From contig CAINVO010000021.1 in NCBI GenBank assembly GCA_903854195.1, positions 14,032 through 78,031 of the forward strand: a stretch of DNA of 64,000 nt, written 5' to 3'. The notes beneath the pieces were generated by a model. That model was not told where the DNA came from. It saw nothing but the letters and a program-made list of their open reading frames with translations, and searched no databases. Both the position numbers and the translations under genes were made by a program. Of this stretch, positions 1 through 9,445 are shown one piece after another. Origin of the DNA: an uncultured bacterium. GTDB taxonomy: Bacteria > Patescibacteriota > Minisyncoccia > Phycocordibacterales > CAINVO01. The number at the start of each line of letters is the position of its first letter. The first letter of the stretch is position 1.

Positions 1-167
1 GGAAAAAAATCAGAATCTTTTGATTTTTTTGACATTACTGCCGTTGCTAATACAGCCGTGTTTCCCATTCTTACTGTGACTGATCCGTTAGCTTGATCTG
101 CTAAATCATTGAATTCCGCACTTAATATTGTTCCAGCAATTTCTATTGAATATGTTTTTTTATTCAT
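1..167 (-). CDS. pnp: Polynucleotide phosphorylase, N-terminal fragment; gene continues beyond the window start
   Basis: The minus-strand translation from the ATG at 167..165 reads MNKKTYSIEIAGTILSAEFNDLADQANGSVTVRMGNTAVLATAVMSKKSKDSDFF. This matches the PNPase N-terminus (ETG.LA.QA.GSV.V..G.T.VL.T.V...DFFP). The rpsO-pnp neighbourhood is conserved. Confidence 0.6.
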   Translation of the reverse strand, partial: MNKKTYSIEIAGTILSAEFNDLADQANGSVTVRMGNTAVLATAVMSKKSKDSDFF

Positions 168-240
168 CTTGGTTAGTCTTTTTCAAAATTATCTCCAAAA
201 TATTCTTAAATTAATAATAACTTAAAATAAAAATCAAAAT

Positions 241-882
241 TTACTCACTAAAATCTGTTGAATCTTCAGGAATATATGACCGTGGAGTGTTTGTGTTTGA
301 TGAAGAAGACTGTTCAGAGTTTGATCTACCAGCTTTTTGAGATTCAGAAGAACCCCTTTGCTTTTTTGCTCCGTGATAATTCATCAAATATTTACTTGGA
401 CTATCGCACATGTCGATAAAATCATCAGCCTTTTCTCTAAGGGATCCCGACGATGATTTTCCAAAAGAAATTACTTCTACCTGACACCCTTCATTAATTT
501 GCAAATATTCAACTAGTGGTACAAAGTCTCCGTCTCCAGACGCAATGATAATGGTATCAAGTTTTGGTGCAAGTTTAATTGCATCTACTGCTAACCCCAC
601 ATCCCAATCCCCCTTTTTTGCTCCACCCAAAAATATTTGAAGATTTTTGGTCTTAGTTTCAATTCCAAGTTTCTCTAGTGCTTCAAAAAAACTTTTTTCT
701 TCGCCACTTTCTGTTGTGATGACATACGCAACGGCACGAATAAGTGCCCTTCCTGCGATCGCCTCTTTCATTATAGCTCCAAAATTTACTCTGGCGTGGT
801 AAAGATTTTTTGCACTATGATATAGGTTTTGAGTATCGATAAATACGCCAACCCTCTGTTCTTTGTGTTTAATAACTGACAT
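241..882 (-). CDS. NYN/LabA-like domain protein (predicted RNA-binding or nuclease PIN-like fold) with a Ser/Glu-rich C-terminal tail
   Basis: N-terminus 'RVGVFIDTQNLYHSAKNLY...' and '...IIIASGDGDFVPLVEYLQ' are typical of the NYN (DUF88/LabA) family. The gene lies between rpsO and pnp. Confidence 0.55.
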   Translation of the reverse strand: MSVIKHKEQRVGVFIDTQNLYHSAKNLYHARVNFGAIMKEAIAGRALIRAVAYVITTESGEEKSFFEALEKLGIETKTKNLQIFLGGAKKGDWDVGLAVDAIKLAPKLDTIIIASGDGDFVPLVEYLQINEGCQVEVISFGKSSSGSLREKADDFIDMCDSPSKYLMNYHGAKKQRGSSESQKAGRSNSEQSSSSNTNTPRSYIPEDSTDFSE

Positions 883-1110
883 TTTGTTTATATAAAAAAT
901 TAACTAACAAATTATAAAAATATATCTATGGGCACGTCTATAAAATAGAAAAAGTACGCTAGATAAAATAAATACTAACAATCTCATGATACTACTTAAT
1001 ATGTAATTAATCTATAAAATTAATCAACAAAAGCAAAAGAATCACAAGCGTGACCTCAAGACTTAAATAGTTCTTATTTATTTAGATTAAACTTTAGGAA
1101 AAAAAGTATC

Positions 1111-1383
1111 TTACTTAGCTTTTTTAAGATCTAGTTTCTTAACTAGTACATCGTAACGCTTAGGGTTCTTCTTTAGAAGATATTTAAGATGAGTTTGACG
1201 ATCTGCTACAAGCTGAAGGAGGCCACGTCTTGAGTGGTTGTCTTTCTGGTGTTTCTTAAGGTGTTTTGCTAACTCCTCAATTCTTTTTGTGATAAGAGAA
1301 ACTTGGACCTCAGGTGAACCTGTGTCTGTGTCGTGAATTTTCACTTCTTTCATCACTTTCGCCTTTTTTACCTTTGTAAGCAT
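1111..1383 (-). CDS. rpsO: 30S ribosomal protein S15; start trimmed from the ORF-track call to the Met of 'MLTKVKKAKV'
   Basis: 'HDTDTGSPEVQVSLITKRIEELAKHLKKHQKDNHSRRGLLQLVADRQTHLKYL' is the canonical S15 core. The ORF-track N-terminal extension has no counterpart in S15. Confidence 0.85.
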   Translation of the reverse strand: MLTKVKKAKVMKEVKIHDTDTGSPEVQVSLITKRIEELAKHLKKHQKDNHSRRGLLQLVADRQTHLKYLLKKNPKRYDVLVKKLDLKKAK

Positions 1384-1441
1384 ATTGATAGATACAGTAG
1401 CATGAAAGGCTATTTTATGCAAGGCGTGATATACTATTTTC

Positions 1442-2497
1442 ATGTCGCACAATATAAATGATTTGAAGCGTCAATATCTAGAATACATTGAAATTGAAAG
1501 GGGTCGTAGCCTTAAAACCGTTGAAAACTATGATCGTTATCTCTCTCGTTTCATTAGTCATACCGGCATAAAATCACCACAAAATATAGATGAAGATTTG
1601 GTTCGTCAGTATAGACTATGGCTCAATCGCCAAGAGGTTCCAGGCTCAAAAAATCGCGGTTTTGCTGATCAAAGAGTTGAAACGCTTAAAAAACGTACTC
1701 AAAACTATTATTTAATCGCACTACGCTCGTTTTTGAAATACATGATTAAAAGAGGGGTTGAGACTATGCCACCAGATCGTATCGACCTTGCTAAGGTCGC
1801 TGAAAGGTCAATAGACACGATTACCAATGAGGAATTACAACGGTTACTAGCTATTCCTGGTAAATTATCAGCTTCTGAATTGTCAGGATCGGTGACTTTT
1901 AAATCAAACAAAACCACAAACACAAAAGACTTATCAAGTGTGGCCCAAAATAAGGCTATATTAAAATCTTTAAGAGACAAAGCAATTCTTGAGCTCTTAT
2001 TCTCAACAGGGCTTCGTGTTTCAGAGCTTTGTTCTTTGGGTAGAGATCTTGATTTAACAAGAGATGAATTTTCAATAAGAGGAAAAGGTGAAAAAGTGAG
2101 AGTGGTTTTCCTTTCCGATCAAGCAAAAGAAGCAATTAAAGGATATTTATCAAAAAGAGTTGATATGGACGAGGCCCTTTTTGTGCACCTTGCTGGAAAA
2201 GGTGAAAAAAATGAGGAAAAACTTAAGTCAAATCGCTCAAACAGACTTACTTCCCGCTCAGTTGAAAGGTTGGTTAAATTTTATGCTATTAAGGCTGGTA
2301 TTTCTAAAAAGGTTACACCTCACGGTTTAAGACATAGCTTCGCTACAGATTTGCTTTCAAATGGTGCCGATCTACGTTCGGTTCAGATGCTTCTTGGACA
2401 CAGTAATATAACAACCACCCAGATATACACCCACGTTACGGATGTTCACCTAAGGGATATCCATAAGAAATTTCATGACAAAAACAGGAAAAATTAA
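1442..2497 (+). CDS. Tyrosine site-specific recombinase, XerC/XerD-like, with a ~40-aa low-complexity insert
   Basis: The C-terminal catalytic region 'HGLRHSFATDLLSNGADLRSVQMLLGHSNITTTQIYTHV' carries the R...H..R...Y signature. The N-terminal SAM-like core-binding domain reads 'ENYDRYLSRF'. Confidence 0.8.
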   Translation: MSHNINDLKRQYLEYIEIERGRSLKTVENYDRYLSRFISHTGIKSPQNIDEDLVRQYRLWLNRQEVPGSKNRGFADQRVETLKKRTQNYYLIALRSFLKYMIKRGVETMPPDRIDLAKVAERSIDTITNEELQRLLAIPGKLSASELSGSVTFKSNKTTNTKDLSSVAQNKAILKSLRDKAILELLFSTGLRVSELCSLGRDLDLTRDEFSIRGKGEKVRVVFLSDQAKEAIKGYLSKRVDMDEALFVHLAGKGEKNEEKLKSNRSNRLTSRSVERLVKFYAIKAGISKKVTPHGLRHSFATDLLSNGADLRSVQMLLGHSNITTTQIYTHVTDVHLRDIHKKFHDKNRKN

Positions 2498-2515
2498 AAC
2501 TTAGGAATAAGAAAT

Positions 2516-3307
2516 ATGAATAAAATCATTAACAAAAAAATAAAATTAATATGCTGGAATGTTAACGGGATAAGAGCTTGGTATAAAAAGGGCTGTCTTG
2601 AAGAGATTTTGAAAGAATCACCTGATGTTTTTTGTTTACAGGAAACTAAAGCTCACCCTGAACAACTTCCTGCGGATCTTTTGAATCCAGAAGGTTATTA
2701 TAGTTATTTTGATCACTCTAAGGTAAAAAAAGGATACAGTGGTGTTGCAATATATACAAAAGAAAAACCAACAAAGGTTGAATACGGCCTAGGCGTTAAA
2801 GATTTGGATCAGGAAGGCCGTTTTTTGGCCTTATTTTATGAAAAATTAGTGATAATTAATACATATTTTCCAAATGGTGGAGGAGGACCAGATAGATTGG
2901 ATTTTAAAATGAAATTTTACGACGCCTTTCTGAAATATATTAAAAATCTTAAAGAAAAGGGATATTCTGTGGTCTTTTGTGGAGATGTTAACACTGCCCA
3001 CACCGAAATGGATATTGCCCGACCAAAGGAGAATGAAAAAAACACAGGATTTTTACCAATGGAGAGGGCCTGGCTAGATGAGGTAGTTTCTTCTGGGTTT
3101 GTGGATACATTTAGATATTTAAACCCAAAAAAAATACAATATAGTTGGTGGGACATGAAGACTTTTGCTAGAGACAGAAATGTTGGCTGGAGGATCGATT
3201 ATTTTTTTGTGAGTCATAATCTTTCTGTGAATGTAAAAGAAAGTAATATTAAGGACAATGTTTTTGGTTCAGACCATTGCCCTATTGAACTTACTCTAGT
3301 CCTTTAA
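2516..3307 (+). CDS. xth: Exodeoxyribonuclease III / AP endonuclease (EEP superfamily)
   Basis: Matches ExoIII motifs: 'KLICWNVNGIRAW', 'FCLQETK', 'GDVNTAH' and a C-terminal 'GSDHCPIEL'. Confidence 0.85.
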   Translation: MNKIINKKIKLICWNVNGIRAWYKKGCLEEILKESPDVFCLQETKAHPEQLPADLLNPEGYYSYFDHSKVKKGYSGVAIYTKEKPTKVEYGLGVKDLDQEGRFLALFYEKLVIINTYFPNGGGGPDRLDFKMKFYDAFLKYIKNLKEKGYSVVFCGDVNTAHTEMDIARPKENEKNTGFLPMERAWLDEVVSSGFVDTFRYLNPKKIQYSWWDMKTFARDRNVGWRIDYFFVSHNLSVNVKESNIKDNVFGSDHCPIELTLVL

Positions 3308-3754
3308 ATAAAGCCTGCTGTCGTTAAAATGCAAAACCTCCACAAAATAAAATTAAAAGGACAAAGGCAAATAATAAGTTATCCACAGTTGTCCTTTACA
3401 TGTCTTTTATAGATGCTATACTTTCTATCAGATAAGGTTTGCGTTCAGGTTTTGCAGACGACAGTTCGTTAAAAATTTAAAAGTTGCAATTAATAAAAGT
3501 CAGTATTTTTATTGAAGAATGATTTGATAATTTCGGCGAAGTTTTTCTCCAAATTTTTAAAGCTTCATTCTAGAGGCACTATTTTCTTGAGATATACTTC
3601 TTAAGATTTACCTCATCATTTCTTTAATCAGAGACTTGTTGCAATAGAAGGTCAGAGCAAAACCGCTTATCGCTTTTTTATCAATATCCGCGATTGGCGG
3701 TTTTTTTATTGGAGATTTTTTTACTATTCAGATAAGGTAAATAAACTTATTTAT

Positions 3755-5212
3755 TTAAATGAAATGCTCACGTCTTATTTTTTCGATTTCTTCTTTATCT
3801 TTTTCTTCTTGTTTCTTTTTCCCATTTTCAGCAAGTCCTATAAGGGTTTTTTCATCATAAGCTACTAGTTTTAGAACCTTGTTTTCTAGATATTTTTCAC
3901 TATTAAGTTCTGGTTTTTCTAGAACTTCCTCCATTAATGCGTTTAAAATGTATCCAACTTTTCGTCCTGGATCCATTTTTGTTATTTCCATTATTCTTTT
4001 ACCGTTAATTTTTAACATGGCAACTGATACAGGATCTCTCATCACTTCATCTATCATGGCCTTATATTTTCTAAATCTATAGGGGTTTTCTTTAGGGCGA
4101 CCTGTTCCAATACGGTCACACATTCTAATGTTCATTAGGTTCCAAATATTCTCTTTGCCGACATTCTGAATCATTCTACGAACAGCTGATGGTGTGATTT
4201 GTTCTGTATCTGAAAAGAACATGTGCCATCGCACAAGGGTGACCACCTGTTCAATTGTCTTTTTGGGAAAGCGAAGTCTTTCCAGTATAATTTGGGACAT
4301 TTTCGCCCCCACAACTTCGTGTCCGTAAAATGTCCACTCACCGTTTTGTCCTTTACGTCGGCTTCTAGGTTTTCCAATATCATGAAGTAACGCTGCAAGC
4401 CTAATCTCTAATCCCCAACCTTTATCTACCGCATGCTGCATGCTGCGAAGTAAATGTTCCCAAACTGTGTATGAATGGGCTTTGTTTTGATCAATCCCAA
4501 TAGACTCTTCAAGTTCAGGGATTATGTATTTAAGAACTCCCAGTTTTTGAGACATTATAATCCCAATCATGGGTTCGTTAGACATAATAATCTTGATAAA
4601 TTCATCACGAATCCTTTCAAAAGCTATCTTTTCTAGAAGTTTCACGTTAAACATTAGTGCTTCCGAGGTCTCATTGTTAATCGTGAAACCTAATTCAGAG
4701 CTAAATCTAACGGCTCTAAGTATTCTAAGCGCATCTTCCTTGAATCGTTCGTTTGCGTCCCCTACGGCTTTTATTGTTTTGGATGCAATGTCTTCTTGTC
4801 CTTTATATAGATCAATAATTTCGCCTTTCTCGGGATCTAGTGCTATGGCATTTATTGTGAAATCTCTTCTCTTAAGGTCATCTTCAATATGTTGGCTGTA
4901 ATGAACCTTATCTGGGTGTCTGTGGTCACTGTAGGTTGTTTCTAGCCTATATGGGGTTACTTCAATGATCCTTATTGATTCATCTTCTTCCTCTTCATTT
5001 ACAACTCCCACTGTCCCGAAGGTGTTCTCATAAAACGTTTTGGGAAAAAGGGATATTATTTGTTCGGGAGTAGCGTTTGTTGTAACATCCCAATCTTTAG
5101 GCTTTTTGTTTAAAATTAAATCTCTAACACATCCACCAACTAAAAAAGCTTCAAAACCTGAGTTTCTTAATGTTTTTGTTATTTGTGAAACACTATTTGG
5201 GACACTTAACAT
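3755..5212 (-). CDS. cca: CCA-adding tRNA nucleotidyltransferase / poly(A) polymerase family with an HD domain; start trimmed to 'MLSVPN...'
   Basis: 'LVGGCVRDLILNKKPKDWDVTT' is the Pol-beta nucleotidyltransferase head domain. 'LLHDIGKP' is the HD motif. The ORF-track N-terminal 46 aa are the antisense reading of tRNA-Arg (5275..5347), so the real start must lie downstream of it. Confidence 0.75.
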   Translation of the reverse strand: MLSVPNSVSQITKTLRNSGFEAFLVGGCVRDLILNKKPKDWDVTTNATPEQIISLFPKTFYENTFGTVGVVNEEEEDESIRIIEVTPYRLETTYSDHRHPDKVHYSQHIEDDLKRRDFTINAIALDPEKGEIIDLYKGQEDIASKTIKAVGDANERFKEDALRILRAVRFSSELGFTINNETSEALMFNVKLLEKIAFERIRDEFIKIIMSNEPMIGIIMSQKLGVLKYIIPELEESIGIDQNKAHSYTVWEHLLRSMQHAVDKGWGLEIRLAALLHDIGKPRSRRKGQNGEWTFYGHEVVGAKMSQIILERLRFPKKTIEQVVTLVRWHMFFSDTEQITPSAVRRMIQNVGKENIWNLMNIRMCDRIGTGRPKENPYRFRKYKAMIDEVMRDPVSVAMLKINGKRIMEITKMDPGRKVGYILNALMEEVLEKPELNSEKYLENKVLKLVAYDEKTLIGLAENGKKKQEEKDKEEIEKIRREHFI

Positions 5213-5274
5213 TTGCTTAATTCTAGTACATCTTTTGATATTTAGCCATTTTAATGTATTATTGGCAGATAAAT

Positions 5275-5347
5275 GCGCCTGTAGCTCAATGGATAGAGCA
5301 CTTGTCTTCGGAACAAGGGGTTGTGGGTTCGAGTCCTGCCAGGCGCA
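5275..5347 (+). tRNA. tRNA-Arg (anticodon TCG), 73 nt, no encoded CCA
   Basis: Cloverleaf by eye: acceptor gcgcctg/caggcgc; D-arm gctc-aatggata-gagc; anticodon stem cttgt/acaag with loop ctTCGga; T-arm gtggg-ttcgagt-cctgc; discriminator A. Confidence 0.8.
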
Positions 5348-5508
5348 CATTTGCGGGTATCCTTATGTTTGTTTGTTATTAATTGACGATCTGCTTGTAT
5401 TGGGTGTCCCATATGCGACCCTATTGTTGTGTAAAATAGAAAATTAGGTATAATTGCAAACGAAACTAATGAGTAAATAGATGACCAGATGGTCCGTTAG
5501 TCGGAATT

Positions 5509-5579
5509 GCGGGTATGGTTTAGTGGTAGAACACATCCTTGCCAAGGATGAGACGGGAGTTCGATTCTCCCTACCCGCA
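5509..5579 (+). tRNA. tRNA-Gly (anticodon GCC), 71 nt, no encoded CCA
   Basis: Acceptor gcgggta/tacccgc; anticodon stem catcc/ggatg with loop ttGCCaa; T-arm gggag-ttcgatt-ctccc. Confidence 0.8.
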
Positions 5580-6029
5580 CAAATAGGTTAAGAACCAATT
5601 TCCATTAAAGACATACTTTGTCAGTTATAAAACATGTGGCAAAAGATTGCTCTCATTTTTACTCATTTCTAATCAATATTTGTGTAATGTCAATAAGTTG
5701 TTTTGTAAAATAACTTGAATTTAGACATGCGAATCCCCTTCTTTTTAGCCGTAACTTTAACTTAGGGTTGACACTCAAACTGTGGATAACTAGGTGGATA
5801 TGTGTATAAAAGACAGTCTTTTTGTTTGAAAATATGGCCTATATGTTTTTGTCTATTAGTGTAGAAAACGCCTAATTTTAAGGGTTTTTTTGGAAAAAGA
5901 CATGGAAAAAATGATGAATTTATGTTGTAAAAAGAATATGTTTCACGTGAAACTAATATTGACATATTTGCGGTCTAATTATTAAGATTTTATCTATATT
6001 TTAGTTAAAATTAATAGCCTATATGTTAA

Positions 6030-6449
6030 ATGTTAATCATGAAACAAATAAAAAATAGTAAATATTGGGGATTGGTTTGTGAAGAGATCGCAACTAATTA
6101 TTTAAAGAGAAAGGGTTATTGCCTAGTCGAGAGGAACTATTTAAAGAAATGTGGTGAAATTGATATTATTGTAGAGAAGGATGGTTTAATACATTTTGTT
6201 GAAGTAAAAGGTGTTATTCATGAAACAAATCCTAATAATGTTAATCGTGTAACCACTAGAAGCTTTGACTGCCATAGGGTGGAGGATAACCTATCATCTA
6301 GGAAACTTAACAGGCTAAAAAGGACAATTGGTGTTTATTTGTCCGAAAAGGCTACAACAGAAAATTGGTGTTTAGATGCAATCTTGATATATCTAAATCC
6401 TAAAAATCGGTCTGCAAGAGCTGTTTTCATGCCAAACATATTGATTTAG
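6030..6449 (+). CDS. YraN/UPF0102-family endonuclease-like protein (Holliday-junction-resolvase fold) with a C-terminal extension; alternative start at 6039
   Basis: 'WGLVCEEIATNYLKRKGYCLVERNYLKKCGEIDIIVEKDGLIHFVEVKGV' matches the YraN signature (G..GE..A..YL...GY.IL.RN.R...GEIDLI......VFVEVK). Confidence 0.55.
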   Translation: MLIMKQIKNSKYWGLVCEEIATNYLKRKGYCLVERNYLKKCGEIDIIVEKDGLIHFVEVKGVIHETNPNNVNRVTTRSFDCHRVEDNLSSRKLNRLKRTIGVYLSEKATTENWCLDAILIYLNPKNRSARAVFMPNILI

Positions 6450-6587
6450 TATTTTTAAATAATATAAGATTTTTAGTTTTTTAAGATGAGAGTCTTTTGT
6501 GTTTTTTCCTTTGTATATTGTTAATGCTGTGTTATGCTTATCGAACATTAGTTGATAGGTGTCATACTTGATGTTGATAGTTTGTAT

Positions 6588-6660
6588 CGGGGCGTGGTGT
6601 AACGGCTAACATTCCTGTTTTGGGAACAGGCGACTCCGGGTTCGAATCCCGGCGCCCCGA
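6588..6660 (+). tRNA. tRNA-Pro (anticodon TGG), 73 nt, no encoded CCA
   Basis: Acceptor cggggcg/cgccccg; anticodon stem cctgt/acagg with loop ttTGGga; T-arm ccggg-ttcgaat-cccgg. Confidence 0.8.
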
Positions 6661-6703
6661 CATTTATATATTGTTAGTATTAGTTTTCGGTTGAATTATT
6701 AAA

Positions 6704-7024
6704 ATGAAAAAATTTCAAGCAAAAAAAGAGGATTTTACCTGTGAAAAATGTGGAGCCTTTGTTAAGGGGGATGGTTATACAAACCATTGTCCCGTTTGTC
6801 TTTGGAGTAAACATGTAGATGTTAATCCTGGTGATAGAAGTGCAACTTGTGGGGGATTAATGGAGCCTGTTGCTGTTGAGGGTGGGGTAGATGGGTCGCT
6901 TATCCATAAATGTCTCCTGTGCGAACACACTAAAAGAAATAGAATACAAAAAAGAGATGATTTTTCTATGGTAATTGTGTTGTCTGAAAAAATAGCAAAA
7001 AAACTATCAAATCAGGCCAAATAG
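6704..7024 (+). CDS. RNHCP-domain zinc-ribbon protein
   Basis: Contains the 'YTNHCPVC' motif plus C-x2-C pairs (CEKCGAF, CLLCEH), resembling the Pfam RNHCP domain. Recalled from memory, not searched. Confidence 0.45.
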   Translation: MKKFQAKKEDFTCEKCGAFVKGDGYTNHCPVCLWSKHVDVNPGDRSATCGGLMEPVAVEGGVDGSLIHKCLLCEHTKRNRIQKRDDFSMVIVLSEKIAKKLSNQAK

Positions 7025-7065
7025 CTTGAAACAATTAAGAAAGGAGAAGTTCTAGTTGTTGATAA

Positions 7066-8379
7066 CTATCGGGCACTACTCAACAATTTTACAAGATTGG
7101 GCTTTGTACTTAAAGAAAAATGATTCTGAGCAATTTGGTTAGATAAAAAAGTGTTTAAATTATTACCTGTTTCCGAGGTAATTTCGTTGTTTATTTGACC
7201 GATAGATAATCCTTGGATTGTGTATTTTGTGCTTATATTGCTAGATAAAATTGAAGTAACTATCCCAACAAAACCGGCATTGTTTGTTATAGGACTTCCA
7301 GACAAACCTATTTGTCCTATAGTAGAAGGTGAGGATATAAAGGTTCCAATATTAAAGGTACTTTGAATATTTAAATTTTCACTTTGTTGTCCTAGACCAT
7401 TTAGGACCTGTTGATAACTTTTTGACCCTGCTGGGTAACCAGTAATGTTTATCGAGGTTCCACTTTGTAGATTTTGATACTGTCCAGACCCAGGAAGTTT
7501 GTAGTATGTATTTCCAGTTTTTAGGTTTGAAATTGATAATATGGCAAAATCATTTTCACCAGTTTCTAGACATTTAGATGGATCATTTATACACTTGTAG
7601 TTGCTTTCTACCCAAGTTGGAGAAATGTAAATAAGGGTAGGGGAGTTTGAAATTGTTTGCGCGGTAGTCCCTGCCCGTATTGAGCATTTAAGATTTTGAC
7701 CGGATGTAGTACCTACTAATAGGAGGTATTCAGCAACGTGTGCGTTTGTTAGGATATTCCCTTGTTCTGTGATGATTGCTCCACTGCCTGATACCATGGA
7801 TTGGTTGTTTCCAACTTGGTTGGTACATATTATATTAACAGTACTATCAGAAATGTTGCTTGAGGGGTTGAGATTTTGCGTTATTGTTGGATTGGTTGAA
7901 TTACTCTGGGGCAAACTCGTATTGTCTGTTGGCGTGTTTGGCTCAACATTTTTGTAGACCTTGTTAATTAAGGCATCTAATTCTTTAAGGGGATTTGATG
8001 TTGTTGCAGTTGGTTGTGCTGGAATTTTTATTACCGTTTTGCCCTTGTCGGTCTTGTTTGTTGAAGATGAAATATTCTCATTTTGGTTTAAAATTAGTAT
8101 TTTGAAGATACTTGAGTCGTTGTTTTGACTTGGAGCTATTGATTTTTCCAATGCCGATTTTGAAGAAAAATCTGAGCCTAGTAGGGGAAATATAGCATTT
8201 ACTGAAAGATCCCCAAGACCACCCTTTGAAGAGTTTGGTGTGTTGTTTTTTTGGATTGAAGTATTGTCTGTTTGATTCAAATTTATACTAGAAAAGAAAC
8301 TTGCAAAAAAACCAATAGAAATTAGAATATGAATTATACCCTTGCCAATCATAGGTATAATTGTATGGATCGAAGTCAT
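7066..8379 (-). CDS. Membrane-anchored trypsin-like (S1 family) serine protease with long Asn/Ser/Thr-rich low-complexity linkers
   Basis: N-terminal TM 'IHILISIGFFASFF'. Catalytic His in 'GNILTNAHV', Asp in 'GENDFAIL', Ser in 'GLSGSPI' (GDSGGP-like). Confidence 0.6.
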   Translation of the reverse strand: MTSIHTIIPMIGKGIIHILISIGFFASFFSSINLNQTDNTSIQKNNTPNSSKGGLGDLSVNAIFPLLGSDFSSKSALEKSIAPSQNNDSSIFKILILNQNENISSSTNKTDKGKTVIKIPAQPTATTSNPLKELDALINKVYKNVEPNTPTDNTSLPQSNSTNPTITQNLNPSSNISDSTVNIICTNQVGNNQSMVSGSGAIITEQGNILTNAHVAEYLLLVGTTSGQNLKCSIRAGTTAQTISNSPTLIYISPTWVESNYKCINDPSKCLETGENDFAILSISNLKTGNTYYKLPGSGQYQNLQSGTSINITGYPAGSKSYQQVLNGLGQQSENLNIQSTFNIGTFISSPSTIGQIGLSGSPITNNAGFVGIVTSILSSNISTKYTIQGLSIGQINNEITSETGNNLNTFLSNQIAQNHFSLSTKPNLVKLLSSAR

Positions 8380-8423
8380 AGCCTCTAGTATATCAGATAA
8401 ATAAATGATAATATGTCACCACT

Positions 8424-8494
8424 GCGGGATTAGTTTAATGGTAGAATAACAGTTTTCCAAACTGTGGGTGGGAGTTCGATTCTCCCATCCCGCA
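8424..8494 (+). tRNA. tRNA-Gly (anticodon TCC), 71 nt, no encoded CCA
   Basis: Acceptor gcgggat/atcccgc; anticodon stem acagt/actgt with loop ttTCCaa; T-arm gggag-ttcgatt-ctccc. Confidence 0.75.
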
Positions 8495-8534
8495 CAACCA
8501 ACGTCGACGTAAAAGGTCACCCATAATAATTATT

Positions 8535-9386
8535 ATGACAAAATACCTCATAACAGGTGGAGAAGGGTTCATTGGAGGCAGAATTGTGAGAGAAACGGGA
8601 GGAGTATCCTACGATATAAAATCTGGTTCTGATATTCTTGATAAAAAAAGATTAGAAGAAGCAGTTAAGGATGCCTGTGGTATATTTCATTGTGCTGCGA
8701 GGATATCTGTTCCTGAAAGTGTTTCTAAACCTGATGAATATTATAAGACCAATGTAGAAGGGACACGATCAGTGTTTGATGTTGCCGAGTCAATCAAGCT
8801 AAAAATAGTTTTTTCAAGCAGCGCTGCTGTATACGGTGATACTACTGTCGCAGTTGGAGAAGAATCTGCAATTAATCCGAAGTCTCCGTATGCTCAAAAT
8901 AAAGTGGACGGGGAAAATATATTGAAAGACTCTTTGTTGCCACACATTGCGTTGCGTTATTTTAATATATACGGTCCAGGCCAATCGTCCCAGTATGCCG
9001 GAGTAATCACCTCTTTTATAGAAAATGCTCTACATGATAATGATTTGATTATCTATGGAGATGGGAGTCAAGTCAGGGATTTTGTTTTTGTGAGTGACAT
9101 CGCTAGAGCAAATGTGATGGCAATGGAGCGTAATAATGTTTCTTTTGAAGTATATAATATAGGGAGTGGAACAGAGACTTCCATAAAAGAATTGGCAGAA
9201 ATGATACTCCGACTAACAGGTTCGACAGCAAAGATCATATACAAACAACCTCGGTCTGGCGATATTATTTATTCTAAAGCAGACACTTCTAAGGCTGAGA
9301 GGGTGATGAAATGGAAAGCAGAAGTTTCTTTAGAGGAGGGTTTGTTGGAAACGATCTCATTTTATAAAGGTTTGATGAAAAAATAA
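8535..9386 (+). CDS. NAD-dependent epimerase/dehydratase (extended SDR), short form (283 aa)
   Basis: Rossmann 'ITGGEGFIGGRIV'; catalytic 'YAQNK' (YxxxK); epimerase-like C-terminus. Confidence 0.7.
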   Translation: MTKYLITGGEGFIGGRIVRETGGVSYDIKSGSDILDKKRLEEAVKDACGIFHCAARISVPESVSKPDEYYKTNVEGTRSVFDVAESIKLKIVFSSSAAVYGDTTVAVGEESAINPKSPYAQNKVDGENILKDSLLPHIALRYFNIYGPGQSSQYAGVITSFIENALHDNDLIIYGDGSQVRDFVFVSDIARANVMAMERNNVSFEVYNIGSGTETSIKELAEMILRLTGSTAKIIYKQPRSGDIIYSKADTSKAERVMKWKAEVSLEEGLLETISFYKGLMKK

Positions 9387-9445
9387 TTATAGGAGGGAGG
9401 CACTATGCATAATTATCTAGATTTATTTAACAAAAATATGTAAAC

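Noticed and set aside
3640-3700. Possible RNase P RNA 3' end: 'cagagcaaaaccgcttatcgc' resembles the M1 RNA 'ACAGAACCCGGCTTATCGG'
   Set aside because: No P4 element (GGAAAGTCCGG) or other conserved RNase P helices are found upstream in 3308..3660. The resemblance is probably coincidental.
3755-5350. Full-length 531-aa call for the cca ORF
   Set aside because: The first 46 codons are the antisense of tRNA-Arg. The real start is the Met at 5212 ('MLSVPN...').
5040-5447. 135-aa + strand ORF in the ORF track
   Set aside because: It overlaps the cca 5' region and runs straight through tRNA-Arg (5275..5347). It is a spurious reading frame.
5780-5810. DnaA-box-like 9-mers (TGTGGATAA at ~5782, TTATCCACA at ~3381) suggesting an origin of replication
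   Set aside because: There are only two perfect boxes in 64 kb, which is near chance expectation. There is no dnaA or dnaN nearby and no AT-rich DNA-unwinding element with clustered boxes.
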